Source: Thermoplasmata archaeon (GTDB lineage: Archaea > Thermoplasmatota > Thermoplasmata > Lutacidiplasmatales > UBA184). From it: a DNA stretch of 64,000 nucleotides. Location of the stretch: positions 1 through 64,000 of the forward strand of contig JAGWLG010000016.1 of the NCBI GenBank assembly GCA_028864975.1. The letters run 5' to 3'. Shown here one piece after another: positions 9,277-19,500 of this stretch (its first letter is position 1; every line of letters begins with the position of its first letter). The notes under the pieces are model-generated. The model ran no database searches. It saw only the letters and a list, made by a program, of their open reading frames with translations, and had not been told where the DNA came from. The position numbers were made by a program, and so were the translations under genes.

Positions 9277-10593
9277 ATGGCGATGGGCGAGGGTCCTCCT
9301 GTCGAAGGGCCCAAGCTCCGAAGGGCCATCGGACCGCGTCATGCCTTCGCCCTGTACGTGAGCTCGGTGCTGGGGACCGGGATCCTCGTCCTACCGGGGC
9401 TGGCCGGGCAGATCGCGGGACCCGGCTCGCTCATCGCCTGGGGCGTGTTGGCCCTGGCGAGCCTTCCGTTCGCGATCACCTTCGCCTCGCTCTCGGCCCG
9501 TTCGCCGGAATCGGGGGGCGTCTACGCGTTCACCCGCGAGGCTCTGGGCCGCGGGGTCGCGACCTCCACCGGCTGGCTCTTCGGACTGTGGGCCCTCGCC
9601 GGCGTGCCCGCGGTCGCGCTCATCGCCGCCTCCTACGTCGCGTACGCGTTCCCGCTCGGACGGCCTCTCACTTTCGCGCTCGGTTTCGCGATCGTCGCGG
9701 TCGCCTACCTGATCAACTATCGCGGGATCGTGCTCAGCAGCCGGGTCCAGCTCGGGGCCATCGTCGCCGTTGTGGCGTTGCTGGCGACGGTGGTGATCCT
9801 CGCCCTTCCCCACGTTCGAGCGTCCAACTTCGAGCCGTTCCTGCCGAACGGCCTGCTTCCGGTCGGCACGGCCGCCTCCCTGATCTTCTGGTCCTTCTTG
9901 GGCTACGAGAACGTCTCGAACGTCGCAGAAGAGTTCGAGGACCCTGCGCGCGACTTTCCTCGGGCCGTCGCGTTGAGCGTGGTCGTGGTCGGGGCGTTCT
10001 ACTTCGCCGTCGCTTTTGTGACGGTGGGGACCCGCGCCTACGCCGCCGGAGGGAGCGTCGCGCCCTTCGCGGCCATCCTCGGGCACGCCCTGGGCCCCTA
10101 CGCCGCCGATGGGACTGCGCTGCTCGCGGTGGGGATCGTCTTCGCCGTCGTCAACGCTTACACGACGGGGATGTCCCGCGTCGCCTTTGCGGTGGCCTGC
10201 GATGGCGGATACCCGTCGTGGCTCGCCCATCTGGACCCCAAGACGCGAGCGCCTGGCCGAGCGCTCTTGGCCATCCTGGGATGTTCCGGGGCCTCCTTCG
10301 TCGTCTTCTACCTGGTGAACGCCACGCTCACGACCGCCCTGCTGACCGCGAGCGGAGCCGCGATCCTGGTCTATGTGTTCGGTTCACTTTCGGGTCTGCG
10401 GATACGCCCTCCCGTAGGCCAGAAGGGCCACCGCCCCTGGTGGCCGCCCGCCATCTCGCTCGTGCTGTCGCTCATCATCCTCCCCTTTGTCGGCCCGCTC
10501 GCGCTGGTGGCCGTGGGCGTCGCGGCGATGGGGTACCTTTACTCCTTTCTCCGAGGTCGGAGGGGCGCATCGGTTCCCCCTGGCCGACGATAG
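9277..10593 (+). CDS. APC-family amino acid permease, YjeH-like exporter
   Basis: SSVLGTGILVLPGLAG, PESGGVY, FWSFLGYE; ~12 TM segments; similar by eye to the E. coli YjeH N-terminus. Confidence 0.88.
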   Translation: MAMGEGPPVEGPKLRRAIGPRHAFALYVSSVLGTGILVLPGLAGQIAGPGSLIAWGVLALASLPFAITFASLSARSPESGGVYAFTREALGRGVATSTGWLFGLWALAGVPAVALIAASYVAYAFPLGRPLTFALGFAIVAVAYLINYRGIVLSSRVQLGAIVAVVALLATVVILALPHVRASNFEPFLPNGLLPVGTAASLIFWSFLGYENVSNVAEEFEDPARDFPRAVALSVVVVGAFYFAVAFVTVGTRAYAAGGSVAPFAAILGHALGPYAADGTALLAVGIVFAVVNAYTTGMSRVAFAVACDGGYPSWLAHLDPKTRAPGRALLAILGCSGASFVVFYLVNATLTTALLTASGAAILVYVFGSLSGLRIRPPVGQKGHRPWWPPAISLVLSLIILPFVGPLALVAVGVAAMGYLYSFLRGRRGASVPPGRR

Positions 10594-10667
10594 CCCTCGG
10601 GCGGGCGCTGTGGTGAGAGGCCCGACCGAGAGCGCCGGGTTCCGGCGTCTGCGCCATCGAAGGAGGG

Positions 10668-10673
10668 TTATAC
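10668..10673 (+). promoter_or_regulatory. Putative TATA box of the GH25 gene (leaderless transcript)
   Basis: TTATAC ~25 nt upstream of ATG 10695 in a GC-rich background. Confidence 0.55.
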
Positions 10674-10694
10674 CGGGCTGCCGTTGAGAGGGGC

Positions 10695-13226
10695 ATGGGC
10701 CACCGCGGCGGCGCGCCGTGTGGGGTACCTCGAGCGGTCCACCGGGAACCTCGGGACCTCTTCGTCGGCGTCGTGGTGCTCGTGGGGGTCGTCGCTCTCC
10801 TGGTCCTTCCGGGGGCGTTGGCCGCCCCTTCGGTGCGCGTCGCTACCCCCTCGCCCGTTCCGGCGTTCCACGGGGGGACCTCGTCCGTCCTGGGGTCTCC
10901 TCGAACTCCTCTCACCCGACTGAACGGGGTCGACGTGTCCAGCTACCAGGGCGGGATCAATTGGAACAGCGTCGCATCGGACGGGATCGTCTTTGCCTTC
11001 ACCAAGGCGACCCAGGGCGACTACTACATCGACTCGACCTTCGCTCCGAACGAGCAGAACGGGCACGCGGCCGGGGTCTACGTGGGCGGCTACGACTTCG
11101 CTGACCCGGTCAACGTCGGGGCCGTGACGGAGGCCAACTATTTCGACAGCGTCGCGGGTCCCTACTTCAAGACCGGGTTCCTCTATCCTGCCCTCGACCT
11201 CGAGCAGGGATGCGGGACGCTCAGCGTCACCGCGCTCTCCGACTGGACGAACACGTGGATGAGGACGGTCCAGTCCTACATCTCCGCCCACGGGTTCAAC
11301 ATCGTTCCGATCGTCTACATGAACAGCAACTACGCCAACAACTGTGTCGATTCCTCGGTGGCCCAGTGGCACCTCTGGATCGCCGACTACTGCGGGGGAT
11401 GCAACCCGAGCACCGGGGTCTTCCCATACTGGAACTTCTACCAGTACTACGACTGCGGGTCCATCTCCGGGATCGGAGGCTGCGTCGATGTCGACTGGTT
11501 CGGCGGGGACCTCTCCGCGCTCCAGGGAGGCTTCGTCTTCGGTACGCCCCCCCTGACCGCGAGCTACTCGGTGGTGGACCGCACCACGGGGAAATCCCTC
11601 TACTGCGGCGATAGCTTCGCCTCGGGCGACACGATCCAGTTCACGGGTAGCGCTTCGGGAGGCTCGCCGGGGTACTCGTTCGCGTGGGACTTCGGGGACG
11701 GAACGACCGGTTCCGGGAACCCCGTCAATCACGTTTACAACATGGTGGGGACGGTGAATCCCATCCTCACGGTCACGGACTCCAAGGGGGCGACCGCCAA
11801 GTCTGGGAGCGGGTGCGATTTCACGGTCACCGGGACCCCGGTGACCTTCTACACCCAGCCCCCCGGCGCGGCGACGATCCTCCTGGCGGGGAACCCGTAC
11901 ACGAACGGGCAGTCGACGATCCTCGTGCCGGGTCACAGCTATTCGCTGACCTTCGGCGCCTCCCCGTCCTACATCTTCTCCGGATGGAACTGGACGGGAG
12001 GGGTCACGATCTCTTCGCCGCTCTCCACATCGACGACGCTCACCGTCACGAGCACCACGCCTGCGACGGTCACCGTCTCGTTCGTGACCCGGAGCTCGAT
12101 CTACTTCCTGAGCTCTCCCAACGACAAGGCCTCGGTCGAGATCGGGGGGAGCATCTACAACAGCGGGCAGAACGTGACCGCCTCCGTCGGCACCCCGTAC
12201 CCCCTGCTCGCCCTTCCGAACCCTGGCTACGTCTTCGTCCAATGGCAGGTCACGGGGACCGGCATCCAGGTCCAGTCTCCCGACCAAGCTTCCACGAACC
12301 TGACGGTCCTTTCCGCTGCATCCTCGACGCTGACGGAGGTCGTCCTCTGGAACGTGCCGAAGGCTCCGACGGACCTGAACGTGATCGGGGCAACGAGCTC
12401 GTCGCTCACGCTCACTTGGGATCCGCCCCCCGGTGACCTCAGCGGCTACACCCTGGGGAGCAGCACGGGGGCGAGCCCCCCCAGTGGGATCGGCGGATTC
12501 CAGCTGACCTCCTTCGGAGGAGCGGGAAGCTCCTACGTCTTCACCGGGCTCGAGCCCCAGACGAAGTACTGGTTGTCGCTGGCAGGGGTGAACTCCACGG
12601 GGCAAGGTGGCTGGAGCGCCTGGACCTGGGGGACCACCCTCGCTCTCCCGCAGCCCCCATCGGACCTGGTCGTGGACCGCCGCGGGAGCACCTGGGCCTA
12701 CCTCTCGTGGCTGACACCGACCGGGGGGGCCTCGATCGGAAGCTATACTCTGAACTGTTCCACGAGTACCCCCGGGGCCTCCGACCGGATCGTCCCCGAA
12801 ATCCCCACAAGTTCGACCGTCTACAACGCGACGGGGTTGACGGCAGGTGCGCATTATTCGTGCTTCCTGGTCTCGGTCTCAGGGGCGTACACGAGCCCGC
12901 CCTCCAACGACGCCGCCTTCACGCTCACCGGAGGAGCCGCCCCGCCTCCCTCGAACGGTGGCGGAGCTTGGTGGGAGGGCGTGGGGGCCTGGCTCCGGGG
13001 GACGCTCCGACCCCCGTTCGTCCTCGGCTGGGCGCTGGTCGCCGGGGCCGTGGTCGCCGCGGTGGGACTGCTCCTCTTGCGCAAGGGACGACATCACGGC
13101 GATGAGGACGACGCCGCGCTCGCGGAGGCTTTGGCCCGCCCCGAGCCTCCCGGCACGGTGGAACCGACCGGAAGTACGACCAAGGAACTCGAGGAGACTC
13201 GCCCGGGGCCCCCTGCCGGAAGCTGA
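10695..13226 (+). CDS. Membrane-anchored GH25 muramidase (lysozyme) with PKD, Ig-like and 2 FN3 domains
   Basis: GVDVSSYQG, FAFTKATQG, GGYDFA, PALDLEQ (DxE), WNFYQY...G.ISGIGGCVDVDWF are GH25 motifs; PKD WDFGDG; FN3 (PTDL..LTWDPP; PSDL..LSW); C-terminal TM. Confidence 0.9.
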   Translation: MGHRGGAPCGVPRAVHREPRDLFVGVVVLVGVVALLVLPGALAAPSVRVATPSPVPAFHGGTSSVLGSPRTPLTRLNGVDVSSYQGGINWNSVASDGIVFAFTKATQGDYYIDSTFAPNEQNGHAAGVYVGGYDFADPVNVGAVTEANYFDSVAGPYFKTGFLYPALDLEQGCGTLSVTALSDWTNTWMRTVQSYISAHGFNIVPIVYMNSNYANNCVDSSVAQWHLWIADYCGGCNPSTGVFPYWNFYQYYDCGSISGIGGCVDVDWFGGDLSALQGGFVFGTPPLTASYSVVDRTTGKSLYCGDSFASGDTIQFTGSASGGSPGYSFAWDFGDGTTGSGNPVNHVYNMVGTVNPILTVTDSKGATAKSGSGCDFTVTGTPVTFYTQPPGAATILLAGNPYTNGQSTILVPGHSYSLTFGASPSYIFSGWNWTGGVTISSPLSTSTTLTVTSTTPATVTVSFVTRSSIYFLSSPNDKASVEIGGSIYNSGQNVTASVGTPYPLLALPNPGYVFVQWQVTGTGIQVQSPDQASTNLTVLSAASSTLTEVVLWNVPKAPTDLNVIGATSSSLTLTWDPPPGDLSGYTLGSSTGASPPSGIGGFQLTSFGGAGSSYVFTGLEPQTKYWLSLAGVNSTGQGGWSAWTWGTTLALPQPPSDLVVDRRGSTWAYLSWLTPTGGASIGSYTLNCSTSTPGASDRIVPEIPTSSTVYNATGLTAGAHYSCFLVSVSGAYTSPPSNDAAFTLTGGAAPPPSNGGGAWWEGVGAWLRGTLRPPFVLGWALVAGAVVAAVGLLLLRKGRHHGDEDDAALAEALARPEPPGTVEPTGSTTKELEETRPGPPAGS

Positions 13227-13569
13227 GCGCTCGTTCCAGACTTCGCGCCGACCCTCGGTGCGCGACGGGAGGCCCCCGCACGGAGCTCCTTCAGTGCAAC
13301 CCCCACCCGGCGCCCCGAGAGGTCTTTCCCGTTCCGAGCCCATCTTCAGGGGGGGCGATGACCCACGTGCCGACCATCTGGCAATGGAGGAGACAGGCCG
13401 TGAAGGGGGATGGTCATCGAGCGGAAAGGGTCCTGCTCGAGTGGCCGTCCATGGACTCGAGCGGATTGCGCCATCGGGTTCCGCGAGCCGACCGGATTGC
13501 GGGGGTGACGGTCCTTGAGGACTCGCGGCTCCTCCTGGAGCGCTGGGTCGAGCGAGATCGGGGACCACC

Positions 13570-16500
13570 GTGGTGGCCAGAACGCTCATTTACCACATGA
13601 TTGGATGCGCACCCATGTACCACGGGCATCGCTCGCGGGTCCACCCCTCCAACGATGAGATCGCCACGGCTAGGAAGCTCTACAGGTCCGTGAGGGGGCC
13701 GCTCGGCCCACGAGGTTGCGCCCTCGCGTCGCTCGTGGTCCTTCTCATGGGGATCCCCCTCCTTCCGACCGCCACCGACGTCGGGGGCGCCGTGCGATCC
13801 CCTAGCGGCCACCTTGGCGACCCTACCTCGGCGGCTCTGATCGTCAAGGGGCCCGCCTCGCTGCTCGACGGACGCGCGGCGTCCACCGCCTCGACTCTGA
13901 CCTCTCTGCCCTCCTCCTCCCCCTCTGGCTCCTCCTCGTCCGTCCCTCGATCCGGCCCTTCCGCCTCGACCCCACCCGCCTCCTCTGGCTCCCCCCTTAC
14001 GGCGAGCGGTGGTTCGGTCGCTTCCGCGACACCCTCCCCCACGTCGAGCGCGGGAACCGAGCTCCTCCAAGGAGCTCAACGCTCGCTCGAACAAGGACAG
14101 GGGCCGGCCCGGGGCACCGCGTGGAACTGTGGTCAGCCCGCGGGAGGGGGGAGCGAGAGCTGTGCCGCCAGCTCTGGGTCTTCCGCCGACGTCCTCTCGG
14201 CCCCTTCGAACCCCAGTTGGGCCTTGCTCGGGACCCCCTCCCCCCGTTTGGGGGCGACAATGGCCTTCGACCAGGCGGACAACGAGGTCGTCCTGTTCGG
14301 CGGCGAGAACTCGGCGGCGCAGGGGGACACGTGGACCTTCCGCGCGGGCAGCTGGAGCCCGGTGGTCACGCCGGTAGAACCGACCCCTCGCGGGTACGCC
14401 AGCATGGCGTACGATGTGGCCGACGGGTACGTCCTCCTCTTCGGCGGGGTCGCCCCAGGGGCCGGGTACCTTCAGGACACCTGGACGTTCAGTGCGGGCT
14501 CTTGGACCAAGCTCGCCTCCGCGACCTCTCCCGGGGTCCGCATCGCCGCCTCGATGTCCTACGACGCGGCCGACGGATACCTGGTGCTCTTCGGCGGGAA
14601 GGGGTGTTCCACCGCGAGCAGTTGTGCGGCGACAGACCTTCAGGACACCTGGAAGTTCGTCGGTGGGGTCTGGGCGGAGCTCTTCCCCGCAAGCTCCCCC
14701 GGGATCCGGGAGTTCTCGATGGTGGGGTACGACGCTTACGACGGTTACGTGCTTCTCTTCGGAGGATATGGGTGCACGACCGGGAGCTCTTGCTCGGAGG
14801 GGCTCCTGCAGGACACTTGGTCCTACAAGGCCGGGACCTGGAGCTTGGTCACCGGGAGCACGCCCCCGGGAACGCGGGAGGCCGCGGCGCTCGCTTACGA
14901 CCCCACGATGAGCGGGCTCATCTTGGTCGGGGGGGACGGCTGCAGCACGGGGAACGCGTGCGCATCGTACTACCTCCAGGACACCTGGCTGTACCTCAAG
15001 GGGGCGTGGTCGCAGCTTACGCCGAACGCGGTCCCTGGGATCCGGGACCTGATGCCCATGGCCTACGATGGCGTGGACGGTTATCTCCTCCTGTTCGGCG
15101 GGCTCGGCTGTTCCGATGCCTCCTCTCCGTGCCCGATCTCCTACCTCCAGGACAGCTGGGTCTTCGCGGCGGGCACCTGGACCGAGCTCACCTCCCCCTC
15201 CTCCTCTCCCGGGGTCCGGGGGATCGCGACGCTGGCCTACGACCCTATTGACGGCTACGTGCTCCTCTTTGGCGGGTATGGCTGCGTCGTCGGGAGCACG
15301 TGCACCGCGGGGGATCTCGGGGACACCTGGACGTTCCAGGCCGGGACCTGGACCGAGCTCTTCCCGAACCCGTCGCCGGGGGCCCGGGACGGGTCGGCGC
15401 TGGTCTACGACGCGGCCGACGGGTACATGTTGCTCTTCGGGGGATACGGTTGCAACACGGGGAGCACCTGCACGCTCGCCGACCAGCAGGACACCTGGAC
15501 GTGGGCGGGAGGAAGTTGGACGCAGCTCGCGCCGCCAGCTCCTCCGGGGGCGCGCGTCGCGCCCGCGATGAGCTACGACCCCACCGATGGCTACGTCCTC
15601 CTGTTCGGAGGGTACGGTTGCACGACCGGAAATACCGGTTGCACGTCGTTCCTTTCGGACACCTGGGACTTCCGAGGGGGAACGTGGACCCAGCTCGCGC
15701 GCATCGGTCCCCCACAGCGCTACATCGCGTCGATCGCCGACGACGCGGCGGACGGCTACGTCGTCCTGTTCGGGGGTCTGGGATGCGAGAACTATCCCAC
15801 CTGCTCCGCGTACGGGGAGCTCGCGGACACCTGGCGCTACGCGGGGAGCGGGAACTGGGTGAACATGACCTCGACGGCGGGGGGGCCACCGCCCGCGCGA
15901 GACGGGGCCGGCATGGCCTTCGACACGGCGGACAACTATCTCCTCCTCTTCGGCGGCTTCAGCACGACAGGGTCCGACCTCTCGGACAGTTGGAAGTTCC
16001 TAGGGGGCAGCTGGACCGCGCTCTCCCCGACCCTCGCCCCCGGCGTACGACGCTACACCGAGATGGCCTACGACGGGCATGACGGGTTCCTCCTCCTCCT
16101 CGGGGGCAACGGCTGCACCTTCGGCACGTCGTGCGCCGTGAACTGGATGCAGGACTCCTGGGCGTATGGGGCCCCGCTGACGAGCGCTATGGTCGTCGCC
16201 TCTTCCGCGAGCCGCGACGTGGGTCAATCGGTGACCTTCACCGCCGGGGCGACCGGCGGCGGGAGCGGCTCCTACCAGTTCCTATGGGCAGGGCTCCCCC
16301 CTGGGTGCGTTCCGACCTCGCCCGCCCCCGGGGTCACCTGCGCACCCACGACCGCCGGGACCTTCCAGGTCAGCACGGTGGCCGAGGACTCCACTGGAGC
16401 GCCGCAGGCGACCAGCGGGACCCTCGCGTTCATGGTCTACAGCGACCCGACAGCCGCTGCGTCGGGATCGACCCCTTCCATCGACCTCGGCCAGTCGGCG

Positions 16501-19500
16501 ACCTTCACCCTTTCCACCTCGGGAGGGTCGGGAGGCGATGGCTACGCCTGGAACGGCCTCCCCACAGGCTGTTCCTCCTCGGCGGGCCTTTCCGACACCT
16601 GCACGCCCGCGCTCGCCTCCGCCGAGGGGGCCTGGTCGGTCTCCGCGACGGTCACGGACTCGAACGGGTACTCGGTCAGCTCTGGGGGGGTCGCCCTCAC
16701 CGTCGACTCCGACCCTTCGGTCGCGGCCCCCTCCGAGAGCCGCACCGCGCTCGACGTGGGACAGGTCCTGAGCCTCTCGACCACGGTGTCGGGAGGTTCG
16801 GGAGGATATGCCTTCACCTGGTCGGGACTCCCGACTGGATGCAGCTCGGTGAATGCTCCGTCCCTGAGCTGCTCTCCGAGCGCGGCGGGGGCCTTCTCTT
16901 CGATCTCGGTCAGCGCGCTGGACTCGAACGGGGTGATGGGCGGCTCGCCCATTGCGGCGTCGATCACGGTGTCGGCCTCACTCGTGGTCCCGACACCCAC
17001 CTCGTCACCCGGGACCCTGGACCTCGGGCAATCGACCACGCTCGCGCTCTCCCCCTCGGGGGGCCGGGCGCCGTACACGATCAGTTGGTTCGGCGTACCC
17101 ACCGGATGCACGGCGAGCGGGACGAGCTTCCTTTGCACGCCGACGGCCACGGGAACGTACTCAGTCTACGCGACGGATGCTGACAGCAACGGCGCCACGG
17201 TGACGAGCGGCGCGGTCACGGTCAATGTGCTCGCCGACCCCCAGATCGTGAGCTTGGCCTCGAACCGTTCGGCCACCGACCTGGGGACCGGATTCACGAT
17301 CACCGTCCAAGCCATCGACGGCACGGGAAGCTACTCCTACACGTGGACCGGGCTCCCGCTCGGTTGTGTCGTCCCTGGCCTTTCGACGATCACCTGCAAG
17401 CCGACCGTCGTGGGTCCCTTCACGCTCAGGGTCTACGTCAACGACAGCACCGGGACGTCGACCAGCCAGACGCTCGCCCTGATGGTCGACAGCGACCCAA
17501 CGACGACCGCGCCAACGGCGAGCCCTACCTCCCCGATCGACGCGGGATCGAAGGTCGTCTTCCAGACCACCGCGAGCGGCGGGAGCGGAGGCTACAGCTA
17601 CACCTGGGTCGGGCTCCCGTCGGCAAGCTGCCCCGTGGCCATCGGGTCCTCGCTCGAGTGCGACACACTAGGAGTCGGCAACTACTCGGCCTCCGCGCTC
17701 GTCCGCGACTCGAACGGGGTCGGTTACGCGAGCGGCGCGCTCGCCTTCACGGTCCTCCGCGACCCGGTGCTCTCGAATGTCGTCGCGAACCGGACCGCCA
17801 TCGACGTGGGGGCGCGAGTGATCTTCAACGCGACGGCCTACCGGGGGCAGGGTCCGTACAGCTACGACTGGTCCGGTCTCCCGGCGGGGTGCTCGAGCGC
17901 GAACACCGCGATGCTTTCCTGCCTCGCGACGGGGAGCGGGAGCTTCAGCGTGGGGGTCTCGGTGGCCGACGCCGTGGGGGGATCCGCGAGCAGCACCACG
18001 CTCGGCTACGTCGTCTACCCCGACCCCTCGCTCTCCTCGCCCAGCGCGAGCGCGACGACCCTCGACTTGGGACAGTCGGTCGCCTTCTCGACGACCCTCT
18101 CTGGAGGGTCGGGGGGCTTCTCCTTCACGTGGAGCGGGCTCCCCGGCACGTGCTCCGGGACGGGCGGGTCCAGCCCCTCCTGCACCACGACCGCGGCGGG
18201 GAACTTCTCCATCATGGTCTCGGGCAAGGACTCGGCGGGGGCCTGGACCTCGAGCACTTCCCTCGCCGTGAGGGTCCTCAAGGACCCCGGCGTGACGACC
18301 CCGACCGCCGTCCCGTCGGCGGTGGACATGGGCGAGAGCACGACCTTCTTCGGATACGGGTGGGGAGGGGAAGCCCCCTACACCTATTCCTGGTCCGGGC
18401 TCCCCGCGGGGTGCACCTCGTCGAGCGCGGCCAGCCTGAGCTGCACGCCCACCTCGGCCGGAGGCTACACCGTGCAGGTGACGGTGACGGATGCGCTCGT
18501 CGTCTCCGCGACGAGCCCGACCCTCACGTTCACCGTGTCGGTCGCCCTGGTGGTCTCCCCCGTGACCTTGAGCCCCGGGTCCATCGATGACGGGCAGTCG
18601 ACCACCTTTTCGACCTCGGCCTCCGGGGGGGTGGCGCCGTACGTCTACGCCTGGGCCGGACTCCCTTCAGGGTGCCTGAGCGCGAACACCGCCTCGATCC
18701 TCTGCACGCCGTCCCCGTCGACCTCCGGCACGTTCTCCATCGTAGCCTCGGTGCGGGACGCCCATGGGATGAACGTGAGCTCGAGCCTGGCCTCTCTGAC
18801 CGTTCTCGCGGCGGTGGCGGTGGGCGCCCTCACAGCGACGCGGGGTTCCCTCGATGTTGGCCAGGCGACGACCCTCTCGGCGACGGCGGCTGGGGGGACG
18901 GGGGTCTACAGCTACACCTGGTCCGGCCTACCGACCGGCTGCGGGAGCGTGAACTCGGCCACGCTCACCTGCACGCCCACCGGGTCGGGCACCTTCGCCA
19001 GCGTGGGCGTCCGGGCCACGGACACGAACGGCCAGGGCTCCTCGAGCTCGCCACTCTCCCTCGTGGTCGCTCCTGACCCCACCATCTCGATCCCCACCGC
19101 GACGCTCTCTGCCCTCGATGTGGGGCAGACGACCACGCTCACCGTGTCAACCACGTCGGGAAGCGGTGGCCCCGTCTACGCGTGGGTCGGGTTGCCGGTG
19201 GGTTGCCCGAGCGCCAACGCGTTGAGCGTGGCCTGTACGCCCGCTTCGGGCGGGACCGGGACCTTCACCGTGAAGGCCTCGGTCGTCGACTCGAACGGCG
19301 ACAATATCTCCTCCGGACCGCTGACGCTCTACGTCTACCCCGCGCTCGGCGGCGCAAGCCTCACCGCCACCCGAGGTTCCTTGGACGTGGGAGAGAGCAC
19401 GACCCTCACCGCCTCCTCCACCGGAGGGTCGGGGGGCCTCATCTACGCTTGGAGCGGGCTCCCCAGCGGCTGCCCGGGAGGGAACGTGCCGACGGTCGCT

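Noticed and set aside
13358-13600. 80-aa ORF upstream of the giant Kelch gene
   Set aside because: No recognisable motif and overlaps the next ORF start; more likely promoter or spacer DNA.
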